Part shown: piece by piece, positions 9,031 through 18,254 of the stretch
Position numbering within the stretch: the stretch's first letter is position 1
Layout of the letters: each line of letters starts with the position of its first letter
Source: a virus
Lineage: Duplodnaviria > Caudoviricetes
Virus record (IMG/VR): IMGVR_UViG_3300020045_003820
Span: 1 to 42,230 of that record
Length of the DNA: 42,230 bases
Strand: one strand, 5' to 3'
The notes under the pieces: model-generated
Told to the model about the DNA's origin: nothing
The model's database searches: none
What the model saw: the letters and a program-made list of their open reading frames with translations, nothing else
Program-made: the position numbers and the translations under genes

Positions 9031-10164
9031 ATGACTGATCTTTCGATATCAAACGTAATTCAGATTTCCGTTGCTGAGGCACCTGCAGGATTGAACGCGT
9101 TCAATACGGGCAATATCCTACTGATTACATCGGGGACACCTGATCCGGTTTTTGAAGATGACTACAAAATCTATAAAGAGCCGAACGAAGTCGGTACTGA
9201 TTTCGGAACGGCGTCGGTTACGTTTAAGATGGCCGCGAAGATTTTCGCTCAATCGCCGAACTTGCTCACGCCTGGCGGAAGTCTGATCATCGCGCCTTTC
9301 GAGCCGTCGGAAACTCTGGACGAGGCAATCATTCGTTTAGCTGATCAAGTCCAGTTCTTCGGGATTCTTTGCAGCGATATCCAAGCTCAGGACGCCGCGA
9401 TCGACGCCGCTACCGTCGTCCAAGCTCAACAATCACCGAAGATTCTCGCATTGCCGCAAAAGGCGTCGGCCTCGATCGAGCCGGGCGGATTGCTCGACGA
9501 TCTTCGCACTGGCGGTTTCACCCGTACGCGCGGCCTTTACTACGGATCGTCGGCTGACGTCGATTGCGTTTGTATGGCGGCGGCCTACCTTAGCCGTGGC
9601 TTTGGTGTCGACTTCTCAGGATCGCGCACCGTGCTTAACATGAATCTAAAGGACTTGCTCACGGTCTCGCCGGATCCGAGCATGACGCAGACCCTTCGCG
9701 ATAAAGCAAAGGTCGCGGGCGCTGATATTTACGCGAGCATTCAAGGTGTCAGCAAGGTACTCGCATCGGGAACGAATAAGTTTTTCGATCAAGTGCAAAA
9801 CCTTTCTTGGTTTGTAGCGGCCGTTCAAGTCGCCGTCTTCAATTACCTCGCGACGACGTCTACCAAAATACCTCAGACCGAGGAAGGTATGGACGGCCTC
9901 AAAAATGCTATTCGCCAGGTTTGTAAACAGGCCGTGACGAATGGTTATTGCGCGCCGGGTGTATGGACGAGTTCCGACGTCTTCGGCGACCCGCAAGATC
10001 TTCGCGCTCAAATTCAGCAATTTGGCTTTTACATTTATTCCGGCCCTATCGCCGAGCAATCCGTTGCCGATCGCGACGAGCGAAAAGCCCCGCTTTGCCA
10101 GGTGGCATTGAAAGAGGCTGGTGGTATCGATTCGGCAAGTGCCGTGCTCTACATTAACGCGTAA
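9031..10164 (+). CDS. Tail sheath protein (DUF3383-like)
   Basis: ISNVIQISV, IFAQSP, FFDQV...W, KIPQTEEG, NGYCAPGVW and GFYIYS motifs. Confidence 0.88.
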   Translation: MTDLSISNVIQISVAEAPAGLNAFNTGNILLITSGTPDPVFEDDYKIYKEPNEVGTDFGTASVTFKMAAKIFAQSPNLLTPGGSLIIAPFEPSETLDEAIIRLADQVQFFGILCSDIQAQDAAIDAATVVQAQQSPKILALPQKASASIEPGGLLDDLRTGGFTRTRGLYYGSSADVDCVCMAAAYLSRGFGVDFSGSRTVLNMNLKDLLTVSPDPSMTQTLRDKAKVAGADIYASIQGVSKVLASGTNKFFDQVQNLSWFVAAVQVAVFNYLATTSTKIPQTEEGMDGLKNAIRQVCKQAVTNGYCAPGVWTSSDVFGDPQDLRAQIQQFGFYIYSGPIAEQSVADRDERKAPLCQVALKEAGGIDSASAVLYINA

Positions 10165-10191
10165 CCGAAACAAACGATTGGAGGGTAGAGC

Positions 10192-10647
10192 ATGACTACT
10201 GTAGCAATGAGTGGAAACGACGGCCTCGTAATCAATAACCGAATCTTCTCGGATTTCGGTACAGCGACTTGGGGCGAAATCACGTTCCCCAATCAGGTCG
10301 CAACTATGAAGACCGGCAAAAACGGAAATACAATTTACAGTCAAAACCAAACTGGTTTTAACGCAAACATGACCGTCATGCTTATTCGCGGATCGGACGA
10401 CGATAAGTTTTTGAACGGTCTTCTAGCAAACCAAAACAACAACTTTCCGGGTACGCCTTTACTCCAAGGCAGCTACACCAAAAATATCGGAAAGGGTGAC
10501 GGGAAGATCATCAAAGACACCTACTCACTTAGCGGTGGCCTCATCGTGAATATGGTGGAAGGAAAGTCTAACGCGGAAGGTGACACCGATCAGTCGCTCG
10601 CAATCTATAAACTCGGTTGGGCCGCGGCGCCACGCGCGATAGGGTAA
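10192..10647 (+). CDS. Tail tube protein
   Basis: 151 aa beta-rich protein directly after the sheath; GGAGG RBS. Confidence 0.75.
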   Translation: MTTVAMSGNDGLVINNRIFSDFGTATWGEITFPNQVATMKTGKNGNTIYSQNQTGFNANMTVMLIRGSDDDKFLNGLLANQNNNFPGTPLLQGSYTKNIGKGDGKIIKDTYSLSGGLIVNMVEGKSNAEGDTDQSLAIYKLGWAAAPRAIG

Positions 10648-10653
10648 TCAGTT

Positions 10654-11124
10654 ATGGAACTCAAAAAGATAAGATTGCCTTCGGGCGCCGAACTTTCGCT
10701 TAACCTAGCGCCCTTTGCTGACGCCTTAAATTTAAAGCAGGTGTTAGCATCGGAAGCGATTGGGATACCAATTTCAAAAGACCTCGATCATTTCGAGCTG
10801 ATAAAATTGCTCGCATGCACTGGGTTTTCCTCGAAAGCGATCGAGGCCGCGCTACAGCCTTGCCTTAAGGTTTGCCTCTACAATGGTACTCGAATCGATT
10901 CAAAAACGTTCGAGCCGGTCGACGCTCGTCAGGATTACTTGCCAATCCTGATCGCCGTGATAAAGGAAAACGTCGAGCCTTTTATGAAGGGCCTCTTATC
11001 CGAGTACGGAAGTCTGGTTTCGTTAGCCTTAGCGAAATTGAGAAGTACCCAAGAATCGACACCGACGACCACTACCTCGTCTACCTCCTCCGGGTCTGTC
11101 GAGCCGGGTACGCCAGTTCAATAA
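10654..11124 (+). CDS. Tail assembly chaperone (gpG-like)
   Basis: Lies between tail tube and tape measure genes. Confidence 0.65.
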   Translation: MELKKIRLPSGAELSLNLAPFADALNLKQVLASEAIGIPISKDLDHFELIKLLACTGFSSKAIEAALQPCLKVCLYNGTRIDSKTFEPVDARQDYLPILIAVIKENVEPFMKGLLSEYGSLVSLALAKLRSTQESTPTTTTSSTSSGSVEPGTPVQ

Positions 11125-11228
11125 AAGAGGCCGAAACTTTTTCTGCGCGCGAAGTCATGCAGGCATTACACTACGAGGTTTTTTGTGGTGACTACGAGCG
11201 AGAATACTATGACTTGAATAAACAATAA
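10872..11228 (+). CDS. Probable -1 frameshift extension of the chaperone (gpGT-like); only the 3' part is likely translated
   Basis: Open -1 frame overlaps the chaperone, has no convincing RBS or start, and fills the gap to the tape measure gene. Confidence 0.55.
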   Translation: MPLQWYSNRFKNVRAGRRSSGLLANPDRRDKGKRRAFYEGPLIRVRKSGFVSLSEIEKYPRIDTDDHYLVYLLRVCRAGYASSIKEAETFSAREVMQALHYEVFCGDYEREYYDLNKQ

Positions 11229-11242
11229 GGGAGCGTCTACAA

Positions 11243-12523
11243 ATGAAGTTAGGTGATTTATTTGTAGACTTGGGCGTCACCGGTAATGAAAAAACCGTGG
11301 GCGCGCTCACTGGCATGCGAAAGGGCATGAGTGAAGTCAGCTCGGTCTCATTAGAGGCTAAAGCGGCTATCCTCGGTGCCCTTTATGCATTGCAGAGAAT
11401 GTTTTCCGAAAGCGGAAAGCAGGGGCAAAGTCTCAATCAGTTCAATCAGCTTTTGGGCGTCAGTGCTCAAACCCTCCAAGAATACCAATACGCCGCCCGC
11501 CAGGTAGGTGTCAGCAACGCGGAAATGGAAAACAGTTTTAAGGGTATTCAGTCGCAAATGACGAAGACCCTTTTAAACGGTGACGCTCCGAAGGGACTCG
11601 CTCGCGTGGCTGAGCTGACGGGAAAGATCGGCAAAAACGAAATACTCGAGTGGCAAAAGGCACCTGAAAAGCTTTTGCAGCGTCTTCAACAATACGCGCA
11701 GCTCGAGAAAAACCCCGGCCTTAGAAACGAAACCCTAAAATCATTCAGCGGTATCACTGACGGCATTATCGCGGGTATGAAACAAAACATATTCCGCCCG
11801 GACGTATTTGCAAAAGCTCCGAAGTATACCGATAAAGAAATTCAATCGCTGCAGCGCGCGGATACCGCGTGGTCAAACCTCGGCACTACGATTGAAATGG
11901 CTTTCGGGAAGTTCAACGCAAAGCACGGCGAAAAACTCGTATCCGATATTTCTAAATTGGTGCCAGAAGTTTTAAAACTCGTCACGGCATTTACTCAGCT
12001 TGCAGAAAAAGCGAAAGCCTTCGAACTTCTATCTACCATCTTTAAAGGGTGGTCGATGATTTTCAAAGAAATAGGCGACGTCATAAACGACGTCAACGCT
12101 CTTATGGATGCAATGGATCACCCGCAAAAACCGGGTGAGGGTAATTTGCCGAAAAAGATCGAATTTAAAGACCCTTCGAAAGCTACCCTCGGTTCGGATT
12201 TTGCAGCTATCGTAGATCTTTTATCGCTCGTTTTCACCGGTCATAAATCGACACCTAATCCGAACGCACCTACCGTAGTCCCTGGCGCTAACGGTCAGCC
12301 CTATCGGATTTTGGCACCGACGTTGCCACGCGGGCCAGGCTCGGACGCTAAAGCCCCTCAAGGTGCCGGCACCGATGCGAGCGGAAACACCTATAACACC
12401 GTCGTCAATCAAACCCAAACCTTTACCGGTAGCGGGGCCACGCCAGCGGACGCGGCTAAAGCCCAATCGCGAGCCGCTAAAGACGCCTTCCAAACTTCAC
12501 CCGCGCGCGGAAGGGGCAATTAA
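11243..12523 (+). CDS. Tape measure protein (short, 426 aa)
   Basis: N-terminal LGDLFVDLGV; LQEYQYAARQVGVS; helical composition; position. Confidence 0.75.
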   Translation: MKLGDLFVDLGVTGNEKTVGALTGMRKGMSEVSSVSLEAKAAILGALYALQRMFSESGKQGQSLNQFNQLLGVSAQTLQEYQYAARQVGVSNAEMENSFKGIQSQMTKTLLNGDAPKGLARVAELTGKIGKNEILEWQKAPEKLLQRLQQYAQLEKNPGLRNETLKSFSGITDGIIAGMKQNIFRPDVFAKAPKYTDKEIQSLQRADTAWSNLGTTIEMAFGKFNAKHGEKLVSDISKLVPEVLKLVTAFTQLAEKAKAFELLSTIFKGWSMIFKEIGDVINDVNALMDAMDHPQKPGEGNLPKKIEFKDPSKATLGSDFAAIVDLLSLVFTGHKSTPNPNAPTVVPGANGQPYRILAPTLPRGPGSDAKAPQGAGTDASGNTYNTVVNQTQTFTGSGATPADAAKAQSRAAKDAFQTSPARGRGN

Positions 12524-13402
12524 GTGGCAATTAACCTTGGATCGATTTCAGCGAAAACGACAAAGGCCCTGGCCTTATCAAACCTCGTTTTGGTGTCACC
12601 TCAAAGCGTGGTTGGCTATCAGCCGCAAAACCCGCCGAACGACGATGGTTCGCCGTCGACCGCAGAACAGCCGCCCGCTCTTCTTTTCAATTATGAAGGC
12701 GAGCAATCGATTCTACTCGAGTCGGATATTACCGATCATTACGTTGAAGACAATACGAGTCGCCAGGATCAAATCGCGCTGAAACCCGAAGTCGTTCAAA
12801 CCCAAGGTTTCATCGGCGAGCTAAACAACGTGCCGCCGCCCGGCCTTGGGCTTTTGAAAACGATAACCGATCGCCTAACCGTGCTCACCGCCTTTGCCCC
12901 GGGCCTCACGTCGACCGCGCAGAATGTTTATAACCAAGCGGCGGCCGGCTATGCGCTTGCAAAGAACGTCGCAAACACGGCCGTATCTGCGTGGTCTTCA
13001 ATTAAGAACGCGACCGAGGATTCAAACGGGCAAAGCGTAATCGGTGCCAACGGTTTGACGGTCGCCGGATCGCAGAATAAGCAGCAAACGGCCTTCCAAC
13101 AATTTTATGGGTATTGGGCCGCCCGAACGCTTTTCACCGTCCAGACCCCTTGGTGCGTAATCGAGGATATGGCTATTCAAAGGGTTCGCCCCGTCCAGGA
13201 CGCCGATGCTACTGACTTCACCACTTTTGAAGTCACCTTTAAACGGATCCGGACGGCAAAGACCCAATTGACTGTACAAAACGGCGTAGGGTTTCTCGAC
13301 GGTCGCGCGGCGTCTCAGGCGGCCGGCATAACGGACTTGGGCGTCAATACGCCAGTTTCATCAAAGAGCCTATCGTCGGGCCTTTCGTCCATGTTTAGTT
13401 GA
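12524..13402 (+). CDS. Tail tube initiator / Dit-like baseplate protein
   Basis: SDITDHYVED...DQIALKP and FTVQTPW motifs; follows the tape measure. Confidence 0.7.
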   Translation: MAINLGSISAKTTKALALSNLVLVSPQSVVGYQPQNPPNDDGSPSTAEQPPALLFNYEGEQSILLESDITDHYVEDNTSRQDQIALKPEVVQTQGFIGELNNVPPPGLGLLKTITDRLTVLTAFAPGLTSTAQNVYNQAAAGYALAKNVANTAVSAWSSIKNATEDSNGQSVIGANGLTVAGSQNKQQTAFQQFYGYWAARTLFTVQTPWCVIEDMAIQRVRPVQDADATDFTTFEVTFKRIRTAKTQLTVQNGVGFLDGRAASQAAGITDLGVNTPVSSKSLSSGLSSMFS

Positions 13403-13412
13403 GGCGTACCTT

Positions 13413-13757
13413 ATGTACAGTATCCAACAAATAAGCCAGGCACCTTACCAGCAACAGGTTCTAGTTTTACCCGACGGGTCTCAGGCGACGATCGTTCTTT
13501 ACTTTATGCCCCTGCAGCAAAGCTGGTTTTTGCAAAAGCTTACTTGGGGTTCTTTCGTTTTGAATAACGTGCGAATCACAACTCAGCCAAACATTCTTTA
13601 CCAGTGGAAGAATTTGTTGCCGTTCGGAATATTCTGCGAGACTGTAGGGAATCGCGAACCGAGTTTTCAAGAAGATTTTGCCAGCGGGGCAAGCAAGCTC
13701 TATATCCTCGACGCGGCCGAGGTCGACGCATTTTCGGAGTACATACGATTTGGATAA
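13413..13757 (+). CDS. Small baseplate protein
   Basis: Gene order; GAGG RBS. Confidence 0.6.
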   Translation: MYSIQQISQAPYQQQVLVLPDGSQATIVLYFMPLQQSWFLQKLTWGSFVLNNVRITTQPNILYQWKNLLPFGIFCETVGNREPSFQEDFASGASKLYILDAAEVDAFSEYIRFG

Positions 13758-14607
13758 GTTCGGACGAAATTACGAGTTAGAAGTTGAAACGCCTTCGGGC
13801 GGTATTCTAACCATTCGTCCGCCGTTTACGCTGCAGTTCGATATCACCCGCAACGCGCTCACCTCGGCAAATATTTGCCAGCTCCGAATCTACAATTTGA
13901 ACGAATTGAATCGCGGACGTCTCAGGTTCAATATTTCTGATTATGGTACGTTCCGAGGTGTCAGGCTTAGCGCCGGTTACGGAAAAAACATATCCGAAGT
14001 TTTCAGCGGCAATATTTCTCAGGCGTGGAGTCAACGCGAGAAAACTGATTTCATTACTACGATCGAATGCTACGACGGCGGATTTGCTTTTGTAAATGGT
14101 ATTACCAGTAAACAGTTTGGAAAAGGTACGAGCCAAAAAGATATTATCAAAGACCTCGGATCTTCTTTGCCAGGGGTTTCCCTTGGGGCGGTCGGTGAGT
14201 TCGAAGGTGTCACCAAAAGGTCAAATTCATACGACGGCCCTACAATGGAAATTCTCGGCGGCCTTACGGGCGGCGCCGCTTTTATAGATAACGGGAAATT
14301 TCACGCGCTACTTGCGAATGAGTATATCGAGAATGATAAGACCGTCGTCATAAACGCTGACACCGGTCTACTCGCGACACCTGTACTCGAGCAAACCATC
14401 GTCCGCTTTTCCATGATATTCGAGCCGTCGCTTGCCGTCGGTTCTCGGATCAAACTCGAATCGCAAACCGAAAAGAACTTCAACGGGTTTTATAAGACGG
14501 TCGCCGTAAAGCATCGGGGTATTATTTCGGACGCCGTCGCCGGAAACCTTGAGACGACGGGCGAGTTCTTTTATTCGAAAATCCTAACCGGCGTGCGGGA
14601 GGATTGA
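13750..14607 (+). CDS. Baseplate hub protein (probable start TTG 13750)
   Basis: FGRNYEL, LRIYNLN, LSAGY, FSGNI and TGLLATP motifs; GGAG RBS at 13736. Confidence 0.75.
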   Translation: MDKFGRNYELEVETPSGGILTIRPPFTLQFDITRNALTSANICQLRIYNLNELNRGRLRFNISDYGTFRGVRLSAGYGKNISEVFSGNISQAWSQREKTDFITTIECYDGGFAFVNGITSKQFGKGTSQKDIIKDLGSSLPGVSLGAVGEFEGVTKRSNSYDGPTMEILGGLTGGAAFIDNGKFHALLANEYIENDKTVVINADTGLLATPVLEQTIVRFSMIFEPSLAVGSRIKLESQTEKNFNGFYKTVAVKHRGIISDAVAGNLETTGEFFYSKILTGVRED

Positions 14608-15422
14608 TGGAATCTTTACAGCAAAACCAACAACCGGTAGAGCCTCAGCTTAAAGACGCTTTGCTGCAAATGAAAAAAGAAATCTTCCTCGATCTACATA
14701 CAAAGCATATTGCAGTGATCGAGGAATTTGACGCCGCGACTCAAACCGCTACCATCCGGATTGCGTATAAGAAAACATTCTTTGAACTCGTCGACGGTAC
14801 TCTAAAGCCGATTCTTAAAGAGTACCCAAAGATTGCCGACGTCCCTTGCATATTCCTTCGCGGCGGCACGGCCTCGCTGCGTCTTCCGGTAAAGCCTGGC
14901 GACGAATGCCTGTACTTCGTAAATGACCGCGATATCGACGGCTGGTACGAATCAGGTGACACCGAAAGCGCGCCGCCTACCCTTCGTCTTCATAACATAA
15001 CCGATGGTTTTGCACTCGTCGGTATTGGAAACTTAGAAACGGCCCTTGAGAACTTTAACCCGGATCAGGCCGAACTCTATTACGACGAAAATAAAAAAGT
15101 TAGCGTAGGCGCGGATCAGACTGCAATCGAAAACGAAGACACGGTTGTAGGTGTCGGCGGTAATAAGGTCACGTTTAAAAATTCTGACACCACTCTTAAG
15201 ACCGAGCTGCAGGCGCTCATAACTCAACTCACAACGCTCAACGGGTATCTGCAAAACCTTAATACCGGTATCACGCTACTGACGGTTACTTGCGCGGGGC
15301 CCGGTTCACCCAGTTCGCCACCAATAAATGCCGCGACCTTCACGGCGATCAGTACCAATATCGGAAACGTATCGACGTCGCTCAACAATATAAAAACCAA
15401 TTTGGGGAACTTACTCGCATGA
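14607..15422 (+). CDS. Baseplate spike protein (Gp138/gpV-like N-terminal domain)
   Basis: DVPCIFLRGG...LPVKPGDECL...DRDIDGW and RLHNITDGFALVG motifs. Confidence 0.85.
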   Translation: MESLQQNQQPVEPQLKDALLQMKKEIFLDLHTKHIAVIEEFDAATQTATIRIAYKKTFFELVDGTLKPILKEYPKIADVPCIFLRGGTASLRLPVKPGDECLYFVNDRDIDGWYESGDTESAPPTLRLHNITDGFALVGIGNLETALENFNPDQAELYYDENKKVSVGADQTAIENEDTVVGVGGNKVTFKNSDTTLKTELQALITQLTTLNGYLQNLNTGITLLTVTCAGPGSPSSPPINAATFTAISTNIGNVSTSLNNIKTNLGNLLA

Positions 15423-15787
15423 TAGTACGCGAATTGGATGAAAATAGTGACTGGACGTATGGGCGAGGAAAAAACAATTATCTAAAGGATAAAAAAGCAC
15501 TCGCTCAAACCCTTAGCACGCGTCTCAAGTCTTTTTTGGGCGATTGTTTCTTTGCGCTGCAGGACGGTATCGACTGGTATAACCTTTTGAGTTCGCCAGG
15601 TAGCGAGCTGCAATTGAGGCTATCGATATCGGCGACGATTCTCAATACGGTAGGTGTCACTAGCCTACAGGAAATTGGTTTTTCGATCGACGAGCGAACA
15701 CGGGCCGCTACGATTACATATAGAGTGGCCACCATTTACGGGCTGGTTTCAAATCAATTCATATTCGATAGCAATCCGATAGGGTGA
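15419..15787 (+). CDS. Baseplate wedge / sheath initiator (gp25-like); start ATG 15419
   Basis: RELDENSDWTYGRG, RLKSFLGDCFF and TIYG motifs; ATGA coupling. Confidence 0.75.
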   Translation: MIVRELDENSDWTYGRGKNNYLKDKKALAQTLSTRLKSFLGDCFFALQDGIDWYNLLSSPGSELQLRLSISATILNTVGVTSLQEIGFSIDERTRAATITYRVATIYGLVSNQFIFDSNPIG

Positions 15788-15791
15788 TCTT

Positions 15792-17492
15792 ATGCCAAAC
15801 GTATTTGGCCCGCTTGGGCTCGAAGTAAAAACTCGGCAAGAAATCGTAGACGAATTGACGGTCGCGTTCCAAGCGATTTACGGGGCGGATATAAACCTCG
15901 GATCCGATACGCCCGACGGTCAAATGATGCAAATCATTACTCAATTCATGGTCGATCAAAGCGATTTGCTCGTCGCGATAAATGCGAGTTTTGACCCCGA
16001 TCAGGCGTTCGGTATCACCCTCGATCAGCGCGTTGCGATAAACGGTATTCAGCGTCAGGGCGGAACGTACACGACCACCAATATCACGCTGGTAAATTCG
16101 CGCAGCTTAAACCTTTACGGTCTCGATCAAGCTGACGATGAAGACGCCGAAGACGTTTACACCATCGCCGATAACGCAGGAAACCGCTGGTTTTTGATGG
16201 TGTCAGAATTGGGTCTTACGGCCGGTACTCACGTCCTAGTCTTCCGGGCGGAAAACCCCGGCGCGCAGCTCACGACACCTAACACCATTACCGTACCCAC
16301 AACCATCGTGCTCGGCGTTGTGAGCGTTAACAACCCGACGAGCTACCTTACCCTTGGTGTCAATGAAGAGACTGACCCAGTGCTCAAACTACGCCGTCAG
16401 CGATCGGTCTCGCTCGGTTCGCAGGGCTATCGCCAGGCGCTCAAGGCCGCCCTTCAAAACCTCGAAGGGATCACCTCGGCCGAGGTTTACGAAAACAACT
16501 CGGATAGCACCGATTCGGACGGTATCCCCTCGCATTCGATTTGGGTCATCGTCGCCGGATCCGCGTTGCCGGCCGATATTGGTACGACTATTTGGCTATA
16601 TAGAAACGCCGGTTGTGGAATGAAAGGCGACGAAACCTATACCGTGACTGAGGCCGGCGGCGGCCCGGCAATCATGAAATGGGATGACGTCGTTATACAA
16701 AACCTCTTCCTCCTGTTTACGCTCGGCTCGCTCGACGCTGACGTGCCACCTGACGTTGCAAAGATCCGAACCGATCTACCCCTATTGCTACTCCCAGGTG
16801 TCAATGAAAGCGTGAATACCACCTACCTTGGGACGCTCATTCAGCAAATCGATCCGAACGCTTACGTCCTTAGCGCGGGTCTATCCGACGGTACCGATCA
16901 AATCATCCGAAGTGACGATACGCCGGTCAGCGGAAACTACCGACTAAACTACGGAAGTCAACAAACGCCTAACATTGCCTGGAATGCGAACGCCGCGGCC
17001 GTTCAAGTCCAATTGAGGCTTTTAACTGGCCTTGAAAATATCGTAGTGACGACTGGCTTTTTAGCTGGCGAGGTTTTGTTTTTAGATTTATCAAACGTGC
17101 CGTCGATTGATTATCTTATCTTCGTAAGCAATAGCACGATGGTAAACGGCTCGGCCGCGCCGCTCGTATTTTCTTACGACGAGCAAGAAATGCAAAATAT
17201 CGCCACGCTATCAAAGCAAAATCAATTTACGGTTCTATCGCAAAACGTCGTGATCACCGATATGATTCTTTTGCCGACGACTACATCGCTCGCAAGCGGT
17301 GAGCAAATCACGTTCTCGGCTTACGGCGGATATGGTAGCTACACGTATTCAATTTCAAATAACAACTCGGGCGGTTCGATAAACGCTACGACGGGTGCCT
17401 ACACTGCAGGGCCTACCGATGGGACGACTGACACCATTCACGTCGTCGACGCGCTTGGAAACGTTCAAAATTCAACGGTGAGTGTTACATGA
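15792..17492 (+). CDS. Baseplate J-like protein with extra C-terminal domains
   Basis: DTPDGQ, FDPDQAFGITLD, GVNEETD..L..RR, VYEN and GIPSHSIWVIV motifs. Confidence 0.88.
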   Translation: MPNVFGPLGLEVKTRQEIVDELTVAFQAIYGADINLGSDTPDGQMMQIITQFMVDQSDLLVAINASFDPDQAFGITLDQRVAINGIQRQGGTYTTTNITLVNSRSLNLYGLDQADDEDAEDVYTIADNAGNRWFLMVSELGLTAGTHVLVFRAENPGAQLTTPNTITVPTTIVLGVVSVNNPTSYLTLGVNEETDPVLKLRRQRSVSLGSQGYRQALKAALQNLEGITSAEVYENNSDSTDSDGIPSHSIWVIVAGSALPADIGTTIWLYRNAGCGMKGDETYTVTEAGGGPAIMKWDDVVIQNLFLLFTLGSLDADVPPDVAKIRTDLPLLLLPGVNESVNTTYLGTLIQQIDPNAYVLSAGLSDGTDQIIRSDDTPVSGNYRLNYGSQQTPNIAWNANAAAVQVQLRLLTGLENIVVTTGFLAGEVLFLDLSNVPSIDYLIFVSNSTMVNGSAAPLVFSYDEQEMQNIATLSKQNQFTVLSQNVVITDMILLPTTTSLASGEQITFSAYGGYGSYTYSISNNNSGGSINATTGAYTAGPTDGTTDTIHVVDALGNVQNSTVSVT

Positions 17493-18253
17493 GTCGGGGA
17501 CTAGGGGTTACGATAAACCCAAAAATAGGCGTAGGCGATACCGTGCAGTTCAGCTCGGTACCGGAAAATTATTTCCTCGCAACCGGCGAAATGATTATCG
17601 ATGAATCGCGTTCTTGGATTTTTGACCATAACCCTTACGTCGATCGCAGCTCGCGCGCAAAAGAGACGATCGAACTTTGGAACTTTGGGCACCATAATAA
17701 GTGGCGCTTTAAGTGCCCGCGCACCGAAGGGCCGCAAGTCTACACTTCAAACGCCGAGATTTGGGCGAACGCCCTCGGTGTCAAGAATCCAAAGCTTAAT
17801 CGCCCAAAACTGTACGTGCATGAGAATTTCCCTTTCGAGGCTCGGAAGAAAATCCTTTTGCACGTCGACGGGAAATCGCATGGGACTATGCCCGATCACG
17901 TAGTCGATCACGTCCTGAAAAAGTACGGGCCTACAGGCGAACTTTTCCAAATAGGTAGGGGTTTTGATATAGGCATTCCGCGAATACATACGGAAACGCT
18001 TTGGGATTTGGCTAAAGTCATATCCGAATCGCGCATGCTTATCGGAATGGATTCGGGCCCAAGTTGGATCGCGGCCTGTTATCCGGACGTCGTCGTGAAA
18101 AAGATACGGACGCGTCAGTCAGAGGAAGATCTACAAAACTGGATACCGCTCGACGTAAAAAATATCCATGCTCACTGGGACGATAGGTGCCACCAAGTTT
18201 TTAACCAAACGGATTTTGACGTAGGTTTCACCTCGTCATATCGAAGGATATAA
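17489..18253 (+). CDS. Glycosyltransferase family 9-like protein (heptosyltransferase-type fold)
   Basis: GVGDTV near the N-terminus and TLWDLAKVISESRMLIGMDSGPSWIAAC resemble GT9 signatures. Confidence 0.75.
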   Translation: MSRGLGVTINPKIGVGDTVQFSSVPENYFLATGEMIIDESRSWIFDHNPYVDRSSRAKETIELWNFGHHNKWRFKCPRTEGPQVYTSNAEIWANALGVKNPKLNRPKLYVHENFPFEARKKILLHVDGKSHGTMPDHVVDHVLKKYGPTGELFQIGRGFDIGIPRIHTETLWDLAKVISESRMLIGMDSGPSWIAACYPDVVVKKIRTRQSEEDLQNWIPLDVKNIHAHWDDRCHQVFNQTDFDVGFTSSYRRI

Positions 18254-18254
18254 A

